A stretch of 64,000 nucleotides of DNA from an uncultured virus (IMG/VR IMGVR_UViG_3300025617_000900) (lineage: Duplodnaviria; Heunggongvirae; Uroviricota; Caudoviricetes): IMG/VR virus record IMGVR_UViG_3300025617_000900; one strand, written 5' to 3'. The translations under genes were made by a program, and so were the position numbers. A model generated the notes under the pieces. It ran no database searches and was not told where the DNA came from. It saw nothing but the letters and a program-made list of their open reading frames with translations. Positions 7,953 through 17,472 of this stretch are shown one piece after another. The first letter of the stretch is position 1. Each line of letters opens with the position of its first letter.

Positions 7953-10618
7953 GCTATGTAGACGCAATGTTTGACCGTGATCAAGATATGATCAAAGCAG
8001 TCGAACGCAAAGACGGTAAAAGAACTTACCGCGAATATCCTGTAAAATATACATTTTATTATAAAGACGCTAGAGGCAAGTACAAGAGTGTGTACGGTGA
8101 TCCTCTAAGTCGTATTGTGTGCAAGAACACAAAAGACTTTCGTAAGGAAGTTGCTATCAACAGAGACAAAGAACTGTTCGAAAGTGACATCAATCCAATC
8201 TTTCAATGTTTGAGTGAACACTATCTCAATCAAGATGCTCCTAAGCTAAACATTGCGTTTTTCGATATTGAGACGGACTTTGATCCGGAAAAAGGCTTTG
8301 CTGATCCTAGTGATCCGTTTATGCCTATTACGTCAATCTCAGTTTACTTACAATGGTTAGAGACAATGGTGTGTCTCGCTGTTCCACCTAAAACACTTAC
8401 TATGGAGCAAGCTGAAAAAGAACTTGAAGGCATTGACAATGTAATGCTATTTGAGCGAGAAGGTGATATGATTGACACGTTCTTGACACTAATCGAAGAC
8501 AGCGATATCTTATCAGGGTGGAACAGTGAAGGTTATGATATTCCCTACACTGTAAACAGAACTGCTCGTGTATTGAGCAAAGATGACACAAGACGCTTTT
8601 GTCTTTGGGGACAGTTGCCCAAGAAGCGTACATATGAAAAGTTTGGCAAGGAAAGTGAAACATTTGACTTGGTGGGTCGTGTACACTTAGACAGTTTGAA
8701 CTTGTATCGCAAGTACACATATGAAGAACGCCACACATATCGACTGGACGCTATTGGCGAGATTGAAGTAGGCGAGAACAAAGTTCCGTATGAAGGAACA
8801 CTTGATGCACTATACAACAACGATTTCCGCAAGTTTATCGAATATAACATTCAGGATACTGCACTACTTGACAAGTTGGACAAGAAATTACGCTTTATTG
8901 ACTTGAGTAATGAGCTTGCACACGCTAACACAGTGCTTCTACAAACAACAATGGGTGCTGTTGCTGTTACAGAACAAGCTATTGTAAACGAAGCGTGGCA
9001 TAGAGGCTTACAAGTACCTAATCGTGCAAAGCGTGATGATGAAAACACACAAGCGGCTGGTGCATATGTTGCGTTTCCTAAGAAAGGATTGCACAAGTGG
9101 GTAGCGTCAATGGATTTGAACTCACTGTATCCGTCAGTGATTCGTGCGCTGAATATGGCTCCAGAAACTATTGTAGGACAAATACGTCCTGAGATTAGTG
9201 ATGCTCGTGTTACAGAAGATATGGGGCTAAAGAAGAAGAGCTTTGCAGGCAGTTGGGAAGGTAGATTTGCAACTGAAGAATACGAAGCAGTTATGGAGCA
9301 ACGCAAGGATGTTGCACTTACTGTCGAGTGGGAAAATGGCGGCAGTGATGTACTAAGTGGTGCAGAACTTTACAAAGTAATCTTTGATAGTAACCAACCT
9401 TGGATGCTCTCTGCTAACGGTACAATCTTTACAACAGAGTTTGAAGGTGTTATTCCAGGTATCCTCAAGCGTTGGTATAGTGAGCGTAAAGACTTACAGA
9501 AGATGCTGAAAAAAGCAAAAGATGCAGGCAATGACGCTGAGATCGAATACTGGGACAAACGACAGCTGGTTAAGAAGATTAACTTGAACAGTTTGTATGG
9601 TGCGATCCTTAACCCTGGTTGTAGATTCTTTGACAAACGTATTGGACAATCAACTACACTAACAGGACGTACAATTGTTAAACATATGAGTGCAGAAGCA
9701 AACAAAGTTATTACAGGCGTTTATGATCATGTCGGCGAAGCTGTTATTTACGGTGATACTGACTCTGTGTACTTTAGTGCTTGGCCCACTTTAGGCCAAG
9801 AAATCGAAGCTGGAAAAATTCCGTGGGACACTGAAAAAGCAATCCAATTGTATGATCAAGTGTCAGAAGCTGTAGACAGTACATTCGTTGACATGATGGG
9901 CAAATCATTCCATTGTCCAAAGAGTCGTGCAGATGTTATTGCAGCAGGACGTGAGATTGTTGCACAAACAGGTTTGTACATTACTAAGAAACGTTATGCG
10001 GCACTGGTTGTGGACAATGAAGGTTTTAGAACAGACACAGACGGTAAGCCAGGCAAAGTAAAAGCTATGGGATTGGACCTGAGACGTTCAGATACTCCTG
10101 TGTTTATGCAAGAGTTCCTTAGTGAACTCTTGCTAATGGTACTTACAGATAAGCCACGTGAAGATGTACTTGAACGTATCACTGTGTTCCGCAAGGAGTT
10201 TAGTGCAAGACCAGGTTGGGAGAAAGGTAGTCCCAAACGTGCAAACAAAGTTGGACACTACAGACGCTTGGAAGAAAAGCAAGGCAAAGCAAACATGCCT
10301 GGACACGTAAGAGCAAGTATCAACTGGAATACACTAAAGCGTATGAACGGTGACAAATACAGTGAAGAAATTGTAGATGGTATGAAAGTTATTGTTTGCA
10401 AACTAAAACAGAATCCGTTAGGGTACACAAGTGTAGCGTATCCAACAGATCAAATGAGACTGCCAGAGTGGTTCAAAGAACTTCCGTTTGATGACGCAGC
10501 AATGGCAGAAACTATTATCGACAACAAGTTGGACAACTTGATTGGTGTGTTGAACTATCCACTAGAAGATACTAAACAGCACACTACATTCAACAGTTTG
10601 TTTGACTTTGGAGAGTGA
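7949..10618 (+). CDS. family B DNA polymerase (T4 gp43-like)
   Basis: ExoI FFDIETD, ExoII WNSEGYD, ExoIII YNIQD; Pol motifs DLNSLYPS, KINLNSLYG, YGDTDS, KKRY. Confidence 0.97.
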   Translation: MSYVDAMFDRDQDMIKAVERKDGKRTYREYPVKYTFYYKDARGKYKSVYGDPLSRIVCKNTKDFRKEVAINRDKELFESDINPIFQCLSEHYLNQDAPKLNIAFFDIETDFDPEKGFADPSDPFMPITSISVYLQWLETMVCLAVPPKTLTMEQAEKELEGIDNVMLFEREGDMIDTFLTLIEDSDILSGWNSEGYDIPYTVNRTARVLSKDDTRRFCLWGQLPKKRTYEKFGKESETFDLVGRVHLDSLNLYRKYTYEERHTYRLDAIGEIEVGENKVPYEGTLDALYNNDFRKFIEYNIQDTALLDKLDKKLRFIDLSNELAHANTVLLQTTMGAVAVTEQAIVNEAWHRGLQVPNRAKRDDENTQAAGAYVAFPKKGLHKWVASMDLNSLYPSVIRALNMAPETIVGQIRPEISDARVTEDMGLKKKSFAGSWEGRFATEEYEAVMEQRKDVALTVEWENGGSDVLSGAELYKVIFDSNQPWMLSANGTIFTTEFEGVIPGILKRWYSERKDLQKMLKKAKDAGNDAEIEYWDKRQLVKKINLNSLYGAILNPGCRFFDKRIGQSTTLTGRTIVKHMSAEANKVITGVYDHVGEAVIYGDTDSVYFSAWPTLGQEIEAGKIPWDTEKAIQLYDQVSEAVDSTFVDMMGKSFHCPKSRADVIAAGREIVAQTGLYITKKRYAALVVDNEGFRTDTDGKPGKVKAMGLDLRRSDTPVFMQEFLSELLLMVLTDKPREDVLERITVFRKEFSARPGWEKGSPKRANKVGHYRRLEEKQGKANMPGHVRASINWNTLKRMNGDKYSEEIVDGMKVIVCKLKQNPLGYTSVAYPTDQMRLPEWFKELPFDDAAMAETIIDNKLDNLIGVLNYPLEDTKQHTTFNSLFDFGE

Positions 10619-10619
10619 T

Positions 10620-10727
10620 ATGAAAATTAAATTAGAAATAGAAATTGATACAGAAAGCGAGCAGGACCTAAATACAATTGAAGAACTTATAGAAAAACTA
10701 AAAGAATTAGCGGAGGATATGCAATGA
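10620..10727 (+). CDS. small acidic protein (35 aa)
   Basis: GGAG RBS; MKIKLEIEIDTES...; ATGA overlap with the next gene. Confidence 0.6.
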   Translation: MKIKLEIEIDTESEQDLNTIEELIEKLKELAEDMQ

Positions 10728-11137
10728 GAGTAGGTTTTACAGCATCTACGTTTGACCTTTGTCATGCAGGACACGTACAAATGTTGCGTGAAGCAAAAGA
10801 ACAATGCGACTATTTGATCTGCGGATTGCAGGTAGATCCTAGCGTTGATCGTGCTGAAAAAAACGCTCCTATACAAACTGTTGTAGAGCGTTACACACAA
10901 CTCAAAGCAGTTAAGTATGTTGATGAGATTATCCCCTATGGTACAGAAAAAGATCTAGAAGATATCTTGACAATGTACAATATTCATGTTAGAATATTAG
11001 GAGAGGAGTATCGTGACAAAGACTTTACAGGTAAGGATATTTGTAGACGCCGCGATATAGACTTGCATTTTAACAAGCGTGATCACCGTTTTAGTTCAAG
11101 TGATTTGCGCAAGCGAGTAGCAGAAAGAGAACAGTGA
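10724..11137 (+). CDS. cytidylyltransferase, TagD/glycerol-3-phosphate cytidylyltransferase-like
   Basis: TFDLCHAGH (HxGH), ER..QL.AVKYVDEII, SSSDLR. Confidence 0.9.
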   Translation: MRVGFTASTFDLCHAGHVQMLREAKEQCDYLICGLQVDPSVDRAEKNAPIQTVVERYTQLKAVKYVDEIIPYGTEKDLEDILTMYNIHVRILGEEYRDKDFTGKDICRRRDIDLHFNKRDHRFSSSDLRKRVAEREQ

Positions 11138-11295
11138 TGTGGACACTTTGGATTGTTAGCACAGTTATCGGACTTGAAGAACCTAAGGTAACTCATTATG
11201 CAGAGTTTGAGACTGCTATGAGTTGTCATATTGAACAAGCTGTACTAGAAACAATGTTTGAAAATAATGAGGTTGCATATTGCGATTATGAATAA
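11137..11295 (+). CDS. small hypothetical protein (52 aa)
   Basis: TGATG-coupled; MWTLWIVSTV...; fills the gap exactly. Confidence 0.6.
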   Translation: MWTLWIVSTVIGLEEPKVTHYAEFETAMSCHIEQAVLETMFENNEVAYCDYE

Positions 11296-11995
11296 ATTTA
11301 TATTTGATGTAGACGGTACACTAACACCTAGCAGAGGTATTATTGACATACATTTTAAAATGTTCTTTAATTCTTTTTGTTTGAGTAATGACGTTTATCT
11401 AGTTACTGGCAGTGACAAGTCTAAAACCATCGAGCAACTAGGCGAAGACACTTATATTCTATGTAAACGTGTTTATCAATGCAACGGAAATGACGTTTGG
11501 AAAGGCGCAACACACGTTCATACAAACGATTGGACATTACCAGAGTTTGCTGAATACTTTTTAAATGGTTGTTTGTACGAAAGTAGATTTAACTTGCGCA
11601 CAGGTACTCATATTGAAAAACGCCCTGGTATGGTAAACTTTAGTGTAGTAGGACGTGGTGCTGATGCAGAACAACGTCAAGAGTATGTAGCATACGACAC
11701 ATCTACAAACGAACGTAATACAATTGCAACAGCATTTAATACAATGTTTCCTGACTTAGAAGCAAAAGTTGGTGGCGAAACAGGTATTGATATTAGCCCT
11801 AAAGGTTTTGATAAGAGTCAAATCATAAAAGACTTTGACAAAGAAGATACTACTTGGTTCTTTGGTGACGCTATCTATGAAGGCGGTAATGATCTTCCTA
11901 TAGCAAATGTAGTAAAACATTTTAGAAAAGTAGACGGCTGGAAACAGACTATGGAGTATTTGCAAATATTTCAAGAACAAGGTATAGCAGCATGA
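11288..11995 (+). CDS. HAD-IIB phosphomannomutase-like protein
   Basis: FDVDGTLT, VTGSD, EKRPGMVNFS.VGR, GGETGIDI.PKG.DK, FFGD...GGND. Start moved from 11258. Confidence 0.88.
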   Translation: MNKFIFDVDGTLTPSRGIIDIHFKMFFNSFCLSNDVYLVTGSDKSKTIEQLGEDTYILCKRVYQCNGNDVWKGATHVHTNDWTLPEFAEYFLNGCLYESRFNLRTGTHIEKRPGMVNFSVVGRGADAEQRQEYVAYDTSTNERNTIATAFNTMFPDLEAKVGGETGIDISPKGFDKSQIIKDFDKEDTTWFFGDAIYEGGNDLPIANVVKHFRKVDGWKQTMEYLQIFQEQGIAA

Positions 11996-12762
11996 ATATT
12001 CTATTAACGGGTCATAAAGGCTTTATTGGAACAGCGTTATTTAAACGTCTTATTAACAGAGGGCACAATGTATTTGGCGTTGACGTAAAGAATGGTCCTC
12101 AGTTTGATTTACTTACGTATGATAGATGGCAAGACGACACCGATCTTGTTATTCACTTAGCAGGCAAAAGTGGTGTACGTGAAAGTTTTACAGACCCTGC
12201 AGGATATTGGAACAACAACGTAGAAGCAACCCGTAGACTATTCGAACGCTATGAAGGTACACGTATACTGTATGCGAGCAGTTCGAGTGCTTACGAGCCC
12301 GATTTGAACCCTTATGCAGCTAGTAAGTTCATCATGGAAGAACTTGCAGAACGCTACGGTACAGATCATGTGGGTATGCGTTTTCATACAGTGTATAGCG
12401 ATAGTTGTCCTAGAGAAAATATGTTCTTTAACAAGTTACGCAACGGCACACTAGAATACGTAACTAACCACTATAGAGATTTTATTCATCTAGAAGATGT
12501 ACTAGATGCAATTGAAATATTAATAAAGGCTACACACGTTAAAGGTGTAGTTGATATTGGCACGGGGAATCCTGTTAGGATCCAAGACTTGGCTCCGGAC
12601 TTACCGGTGCGTCTAAATACCCCAGGAGAAAGAAGTTGGACATGTGCTAACACACAAAAAATGAAGGCACTGGGCTTTGAACCTAAATACACGGTAGAAA
12701 AGTTCTTGACAAATGAAGACAAAGGCAATATAATAAACATATTCAATGGAGAAACAGTATGA
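11992..12762 (+). CDS. NAD-dependent nucleotide-sugar epimerase/dehydratase
   Basis: TGHKGFIG, HLAG, ASSSS, YAASK, RDFIH. Confidence 0.92.
   Translation: MNILLTGHKGFIGTALFKRLINRGHNVFGVDVKNGPQFDLLTYDRWQDDTDLVIHLAGKSGVRESFTDPAGYWNNNVEATRRLFERYEGTRILYASSSSAYEPDLNPYAASKFIMEELAERYGTDHVGMRFHTVYSDSCPRENMFFNKLRNGTLEYVTNHYRDFIHLEDVLDAIEILIKATHVKGVVDIGTGNPVRIQDLAPDLPVRLNTPGERSWTCANTQKMKALGFEPKYTVEKFLTNEDKGNIINIFNGETV
12706..12734 (+). promoter_or_regulatory. consensus sigma70 promoter (inside the epimerase 3' end)
   Basis: TTGACA-N17-TATAAT upstream of the clamp gene. Confidence 0.8.
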
Positions 12763-13502
12763 AAGATATTTTACAAGACGTAGTTGCACACACACATGCA
12801 CTAGGATTTTTGCCACTGGTTAAAGTTACATCGGATAACGGTGAAACAAAAGTTGACTCGATGGCAGAAGATCGCAGTGTAATTCTAAGTGCAACTACAC
12901 ATAATGCAGTTAACGAGTTCACAGGCACATTTGGTATGCCTAACCTAGACAAGCTTGCACTACACCTAAAGAATCCAGAATATAAAACGGATGCTAAAAT
13001 TGAAGTTGTACAAGCAGAACGCAATGGTGAAACAATTCCTACGCACATTCACTTTGAAAATGCAACAGGTGACTTCCAAAATGATTATCGCTTTATGAAC
13101 AAAGCAATTATCGAAGAGAAGTTAAAAACTGTTACATTTAAAGGTGCTGCATGGGCAGTAGAGTTTAAACCTAGTGTTGCTAGTATCGGACGTATGAAAC
13201 TGATGAGTGCTGCACACAACGAAGAACCTACATTCAATGTTACTACTAAAGCAACTGGTGGCACAAATGATCTCGTGTTTAGCTTTGGCGATGCAAGTAC
13301 ACACGCAGGCGAGTTTGTGTTTCAGAACGCTGTAGAAGGTACACTACAACACACATGGAGTTGGCCTGTGGCTGCTGTACAAGCAATTCTAAACTTGAGC
13401 GGTGATGTTACAATGAGTATTTCAGATCAAGGCGCTATGAAGATCACAGTTGATAGCGGACTTGCAGAATACAGTTACATTCTTCCAGCGCAGAGCAAAT
13501 AA
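12759..13502 (+). CDS. probable DNA polymerase sliding clamp (gp45/PCNA-like)
   Basis: 247 aa, two-domain alternating beta/alpha pattern, PCNA-like C-terminal strand (EYSYILPA), near polB. Confidence 0.65.
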   Translation: MKDILQDVVAHTHALGFLPLVKVTSDNGETKVDSMAEDRSVILSATTHNAVNEFTGTFGMPNLDKLALHLKNPEYKTDAKIEVVQAERNGETIPTHIHFENATGDFQNDYRFMNKAIIEEKLKTVTFKGAAWAVEFKPSVASIGRMKLMSAAHNEEPTFNVTTKATGGTNDLVFSFGDASTHAGEFVFQNAVEGTLQHTWSWPVAAVQAILNLSGDVTMSISDQGAMKITVDSGLAEYSYILPAQSK

Positions 13503-13505
13503 AAT

Positions 13506-13862
13506 ATGACACAAACTCAAGTAATATTTGCTATCGTCAGCTGGTTGTTATTGACTAGTGCTGTTTATACTGTAACCGGCTGGCGTAATGTTCTTGAATG
13601 TTATAAAATGTGGTTTACACGTTCTTACTGGACCAATTACAATATTATCGAAGCTGCTAGTTGGATTGCAAAAGCTATTATCATTATTCCTGCATTAATA
13701 TTCGGTGTGAATATTTGGCAATTATATTTTGTAGCACTGGTTACTAGCCTGTCTCTTATATGGGCAAGTAACAAAAAATTGTTACCTACACTTGTTGGAT
13801 TTAATACATTATGGATTTGGCTGAGTATGATGGTAATATCACAAAACTTGATAGGGAATTAA
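13506..13862 (+). CDS. small multi-pass membrane protein
   Basis: About four hydrophobic segments. Confidence 0.7.
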   Translation: MTQTQVIFAIVSWLLLTSAVYTVTGWRNVLECYKMWFTRSYWTNYNIIEAASWIAKAIIIIPALIFGVNIWQLYFVALVTSLSLIWASNKKLLPTLVGFNTLWIWLSMMVISQNLIGN

Positions 13863-15398
13863 ATGATCAAAGACTTAACATCAACACAAAGTGATTATGC
13901 ACTATTTTTACCGGCAACATCCGGATTTTACTCAGCATTCGTTGGATATCAGAGAAATAGGTATCCGTATATTGAACCTTCTAGACTGCCTAAAAACTTT
14001 ACAAACGATGTAGAAAGTATCAATTACTTGGATCCTAAAAGTCCGTTACTCTATTACAAATGGTGTTTGTACTCTGCAGGACATGCTAATCTTGATTTAA
14101 ACAAGCAAGATGATAGAGAAGATATGTTCCGCAAACGCCCACGTAATGGCGATAGTTGGGTATTAGGCGACTCAGGTGGATTCCAGATTGGTAAAGGCAA
14201 ATGGCCCGCTGACTGGAAAGATCCCAACTGTCCTGCTGCTATGAAAAAGCGCAAACAAGTGTTGACTTGGATGGACAGCCTAATGGACTATGGTATGTGC
14301 TTGGATATTCCGGCATGGGTTGCTCGGTCACCAGAAGGTCAAAAAGCTACAGGCATTAGCACATACGAAGAAGCATGCAAAGCTACTGAAATTAATAATG
14401 AGTACTTTATCCAAAACAGAAACGGCAATTGCAAATTCTTAAACGTTCTACAAGGCGAGAATCATGCAGATGCCGACGATTGGTATGATCGTATGAAGAA
14501 GTTCTGTGATCCAAAGATATATCCAGACAATCATTTCAATGGTTGGGGCATGGGCGGACAGAACATGTGTGACGTACACTTGGTTCTTAAACGTTTGGTT
14601 GCACTACGCTTTGATGGATTGCTAGAAGAAGGACTGCACGACTGGATGCACTTCTTGGGTACAAGCAAACTAGAGTGGGCGTTGGTTCTAACCGACATTC
14701 AACGTGCTGTGCGCAAGTATCATAATCCTAAATTTACTATTAGTTTTGATTGTGCTAGTCCGTTTCTTGCAACTGCAAACGGTCAGGTCTACACCGAACT
14801 TGAAATAGAAGATCGCGGCAAGTGGTCATATCGAATGGCAGCAGCATTAGATGACAAGAAGTATGCACAGGATACAAGACTGTTCCGAGATGCTGTGGTC
14901 CAAGACGGTCATCATAAAAACTTTTCTAATAGTCCAGTTATGAACGATGTCTTAACCAAAGACGTGTGCATTTATGCACCTGGTGATCTAAACAGAATTG
15001 GCAAGGAAGGTAGAACTTCGTGGGATAGTTTTAGTTATGCAATTCTAATGGCACACAATGTATGGATGCATCTAAACGCTGTACAAGAAGCAAATCGTCA
15101 ATATGACGAAGGAAAAGTTCCTGCAATGCTGGTGAATGAAAAATTTGATCAACTCTACAGCAGAGATGTTATCAATGCTGTTTTTGCTGCTGAAACTAGA
15201 GAAGAAGCAAATAAAATAATAGAAGATCACAGTAGATTGTGGATGCAGATTCCTGGCACACGCGGCGCGGTTGGCAAGAAAACAGTAAATGCTAGCACAC
15301 ATTTTAATGCACTATTTGATGTAGAAGAGCCAAAAGTTTCAGACGACGAAGAAACTTTTGACGAAACTAAGTTGGAGAATTTGGATGAGCAACTATAA
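13863..15398 (+). CDS. dpdA: TGT-fold 7-deazaguanine DNA transglycosylase (DpdA-like)
   Basis: TGT signature GDSGGFQ, LDIP, NVLQG, HFLG, SFDCAS; clustered with folE and queE. Confidence 0.82.
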   Translation: MIKDLTSTQSDYALFLPATSGFYSAFVGYQRNRYPYIEPSRLPKNFTNDVESINYLDPKSPLLYYKWCLYSAGHANLDLNKQDDREDMFRKRPRNGDSWVLGDSGGFQIGKGKWPADWKDPNCPAAMKKRKQVLTWMDSLMDYGMCLDIPAWVARSPEGQKATGISTYEEACKATEINNEYFIQNRNGNCKFLNVLQGENHADADDWYDRMKKFCDPKIYPDNHFNGWGMGGQNMCDVHLVLKRLVALRFDGLLEEGLHDWMHFLGTSKLEWALVLTDIQRAVRKYHNPKFTISFDCASPFLATANGQVYTELEIEDRGKWSYRMAAALDDKKYAQDTRLFRDAVVQDGHHKNFSNSPVMNDVLTKDVCIYAPGDLNRIGKEGRTSWDSFSYAILMAHNVWMHLNAVQEANRQYDEGKVPAMLVNEKFDQLYSRDVINAVFAAETREEANKIIEDHSRLWMQIPGTRGAVGKKTVNASTHFNALFDVEEPKVSDDEETFDETKLENLDEQL

Positions 15399-15594
15399 TG
15401 AAACTAAAGATAAACTTTTAGCACATTATGATGAACTAAGTCGCAAGCACAAAGAACTTGACGAAGAACTTGAAACCAAGTATAATAATATGACAGTAAC
15501 AGATGAAGTTCGTAGAATGAAAACTATGAAACTTTATCTAAAAGATGAAATGCATCGAATCAATGCATACTTGCTACAAAAAGGTTTAGAATGA
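15385..15594 (+). CDS. DUF465/YdcH-like coiled-coil protein
   Basis: H.EL..KH.ELD...K..KL.LKDEM; GGAG RBS before ATG 15385. Confidence 0.65.
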   Translation: MSNYNETKDKLLAHYDELSRKHKELDEELETKYNNMTVTDEVRRMKTMKLYLKDEMHRINAYLLQKGLE

Positions 15595-15713
15595 AAGAAC
15601 ATACCTTCGACGAACTTAAAAAAATATTTAGAGACGCAGGTCTTGAATACTATATTAAAAAGAACAAAGATGGTGTTGTTAAGGTTCACTTCTTAGTTAA
15701 GGAAGAAGAATGA
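15591..15713 (+). CDS. small hypothetical protein (40 aa)
   Basis: ATGA overlaps at both ends; MKEHTFDELKK... Confidence 0.6.
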   Translation: MKEHTFDELKKIFRDAGLEYYIKKNKDGVVKVHFLVKEEE

Positions 15714-16576
15714 AAAGTCTTGTAATAGGAATGGGCATAGGCGGATTATACAAGTCTGTGCTATCTAGTTTAGGATACAGTGTAGTAACTGTAGATACTG
15801 ATCCGAGCAAAGACCCTGATTATGTTAGAGTGGAAACTGCACTAGAAGTTCACGGACACTTTGACACTGTTAATGTGTGTACTCCTAATTTTACACACAA
15901 AGAAATTACAGAACTTGTTGCGCCACATGCTGATATTGTGTTTGTAGAAAAGCCTGGCTTTAAAGATAGCAATGAATGGAAAACTGTGTGTAACAGTTTT
16001 CCCGATACACGTATTATGATGGTAAAGAATAATATGTGGAGAGACAACATTTCTGAAATGAAGTCTCTAGCAACTCAGAGCAATCGTGTAGACATTAACT
16101 GGATTAGAAAGAACTGTATTCCTAATCCTGGCAGTTGGTTTACTAATAAAGAATTAGCATACGGCGGCGTGAGCAGAGACTTATTGCCTCATCTTTTAAG
16201 CTTGTACATTGTAATGAATACGGACTGGAACAATACATCTGCAAGTGAAAAACAAAGTAAACAGCAATGGCAATTGGATGAAGTTGACAGCACTGACTAC
16301 GGCACTATCAACCGTCAAGGCACACATGATGTAGACGACTTTAGTAGTTTGCAATATGACAACAAATGGCATCTTGAAGCAAATTGGCGAGATATGACTA
16401 AAGAAGAAAGTTGTATTAGATTTGACAAAGATACTGTTATTGACCTAGGTTGGTGTCCAGAAAGTGCATACAAAAATATGATACAAGATGCTGTGGACAA
16501 CCTAAATAACAATGAGTTCTGGCGTGAACAATTGTCACAAGATGTTTGGATTCATCAGCAAATAGAGGCACTATGA
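15710..16576 (+). CDS. Gfo/Idh/MocA family oxidoreductase
   Basis: IGMGIGG, VCTPN..H, VEKP, GGV..DL.PH. Confidence 0.88.
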   Translation: MKSLVIGMGIGGLYKSVLSSLGYSVVTVDTDPSKDPDYVRVETALEVHGHFDTVNVCTPNFTHKEITELVAPHADIVFVEKPGFKDSNEWKTVCNSFPDTRIMMVKNNMWRDNISEMKSLATQSNRVDINWIRKNCIPNPGSWFTNKELAYGGVSRDLLPHLLSLYIVMNTDWNNTSASEKQSKQQWQLDEVDSTDYGTINRQGTHDVDDFSSLQYDNKWHLEANWRDMTKEESCIRFDKDTVIDLGWCPESAYKNMIQDAVDNLNNNEFWREQLSQDVWIHQQIEAL

Positions 16577-17472
16577 AAGTTAAACTGTTAAGCACAACAG
16601 GCAAAGGCAAGTTCGAAGAAATCGAATGGACCAAGCCTGCGCACACTGCGGATGAGATAGAAGTTAAAGCTGTCATGACCGGAGTGTGTCGTAGCGATTT
16701 AGAAATGATGCTGGGAAACTTCGGGCCGCTTCCACTGAGTATGCAAGGACACGAAGGACTGGGTGTTGTTACACAAGTAGGAGACAACATCAGTAATGTC
16801 GGTGTTGGTGATTATGTAGCAACAAGGGGCGAGCCTGCATATGCAGACTACTACAATTGTAGAGCAAATGAATATGTTCCTGTTCCCAGTGCTGAGCCTA
16901 AATACATCCTAGAACCTGTTGCATGTGGCATTAATGTTGTGATGCAACCGTTAGATGCAATCAAAGTTCGGGCAGGCGAAGGCAAACGCTGTCTTATTTT
17001 AGGCAGTGGCTTTCTTGCACAAATTGTATACAAAACTTTAGAACTACTTGATATCAAGTTTGAAGCTGTTGATGTTGTAGGCAACTATAACAGAGAGCTA
17101 TGGGGAGACACTTTACAGAGTGAGCCTGTTGGAAGTTACGATGTTGTTATAGACCTAAGTTCAAGAACAGACGTGTTGGATGCTGTTGAATATACCAACG
17201 AAGCATTGTTGGTGCTAGGAGTGCAGAAGCAATTAACAAGTGATTACGGCAACCTACTTTGGAAAGCCTGTACTATTGTTTTTCCCAGTCCGAGAGCAGA
17301 ATGTTTTATTGATGCAATGGTGTGTGCCGAAAAATGGATCACTAATGAGCAATTAATAGTTGACAACTTCTGGACTAAAGCGTATAATAGAAGTACGGAA
17401 TGGCAACAAGCATTTGACGATGGACTAAATCGTCCTAACGGCTACAGCAGAGGTTATATCAAATGGGACTAA
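16573..17472 (+). CDS. zinc-dependent (MDR) alcohol/polyol dehydrogenase
   Basis: GVCRSD, GHEG.G, EPVAC, LGSG; no four-Cys structural Zn lobe. Start moved from 16546. Confidence 0.88.
   Translation: MKVKLLSTTGKGKFEEIEWTKPAHTADEIEVKAVMTGVCRSDLEMMLGNFGPLPLSMQGHEGLGVVTQVGDNISNVGVGDYVATRGEPAYADYYNCRANEYVPVPSAEPKYILEPVACGINVVMQPLDAIKVRAGEGKRCLILGSGFLAQIVYKTLELLDIKFEAVDVVGNYNRELWGDTLQSEPVGSYDVVIDLSSRTDVLDAVEYTNEALLVLGVQKQLTSDYGNLLWKACTIVFPSPRAECFIDAMVCAEKWITNEQLIVDNFWTKAYNRSTEWQQAFDDGLNRPNGYSRGYIKWD
17360..17388 (+). promoter_or_regulatory. consensus sigma70 promoter inside the dehydrogenase CDS
   Basis: TTGACA-N17-TATAAT. Confidence 0.75.

Noticed and set aside
7949..10618. Intein or intron in the DNA polymerase
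   Set aside because: A continuous 889-aa ORF with normally spaced motifs and no splicing or homing-endonuclease signatures.
13863..15398. Canonical tRNA-guanine transglycosylase (tgt)
   Set aside because: It lacks the C-terminal CxCxxC zinc site of bacterial Tgt, is longer, and sits among phage replication genes, so a DNA-acting DpdA is more likely. A tRNA target is not formally excluded.
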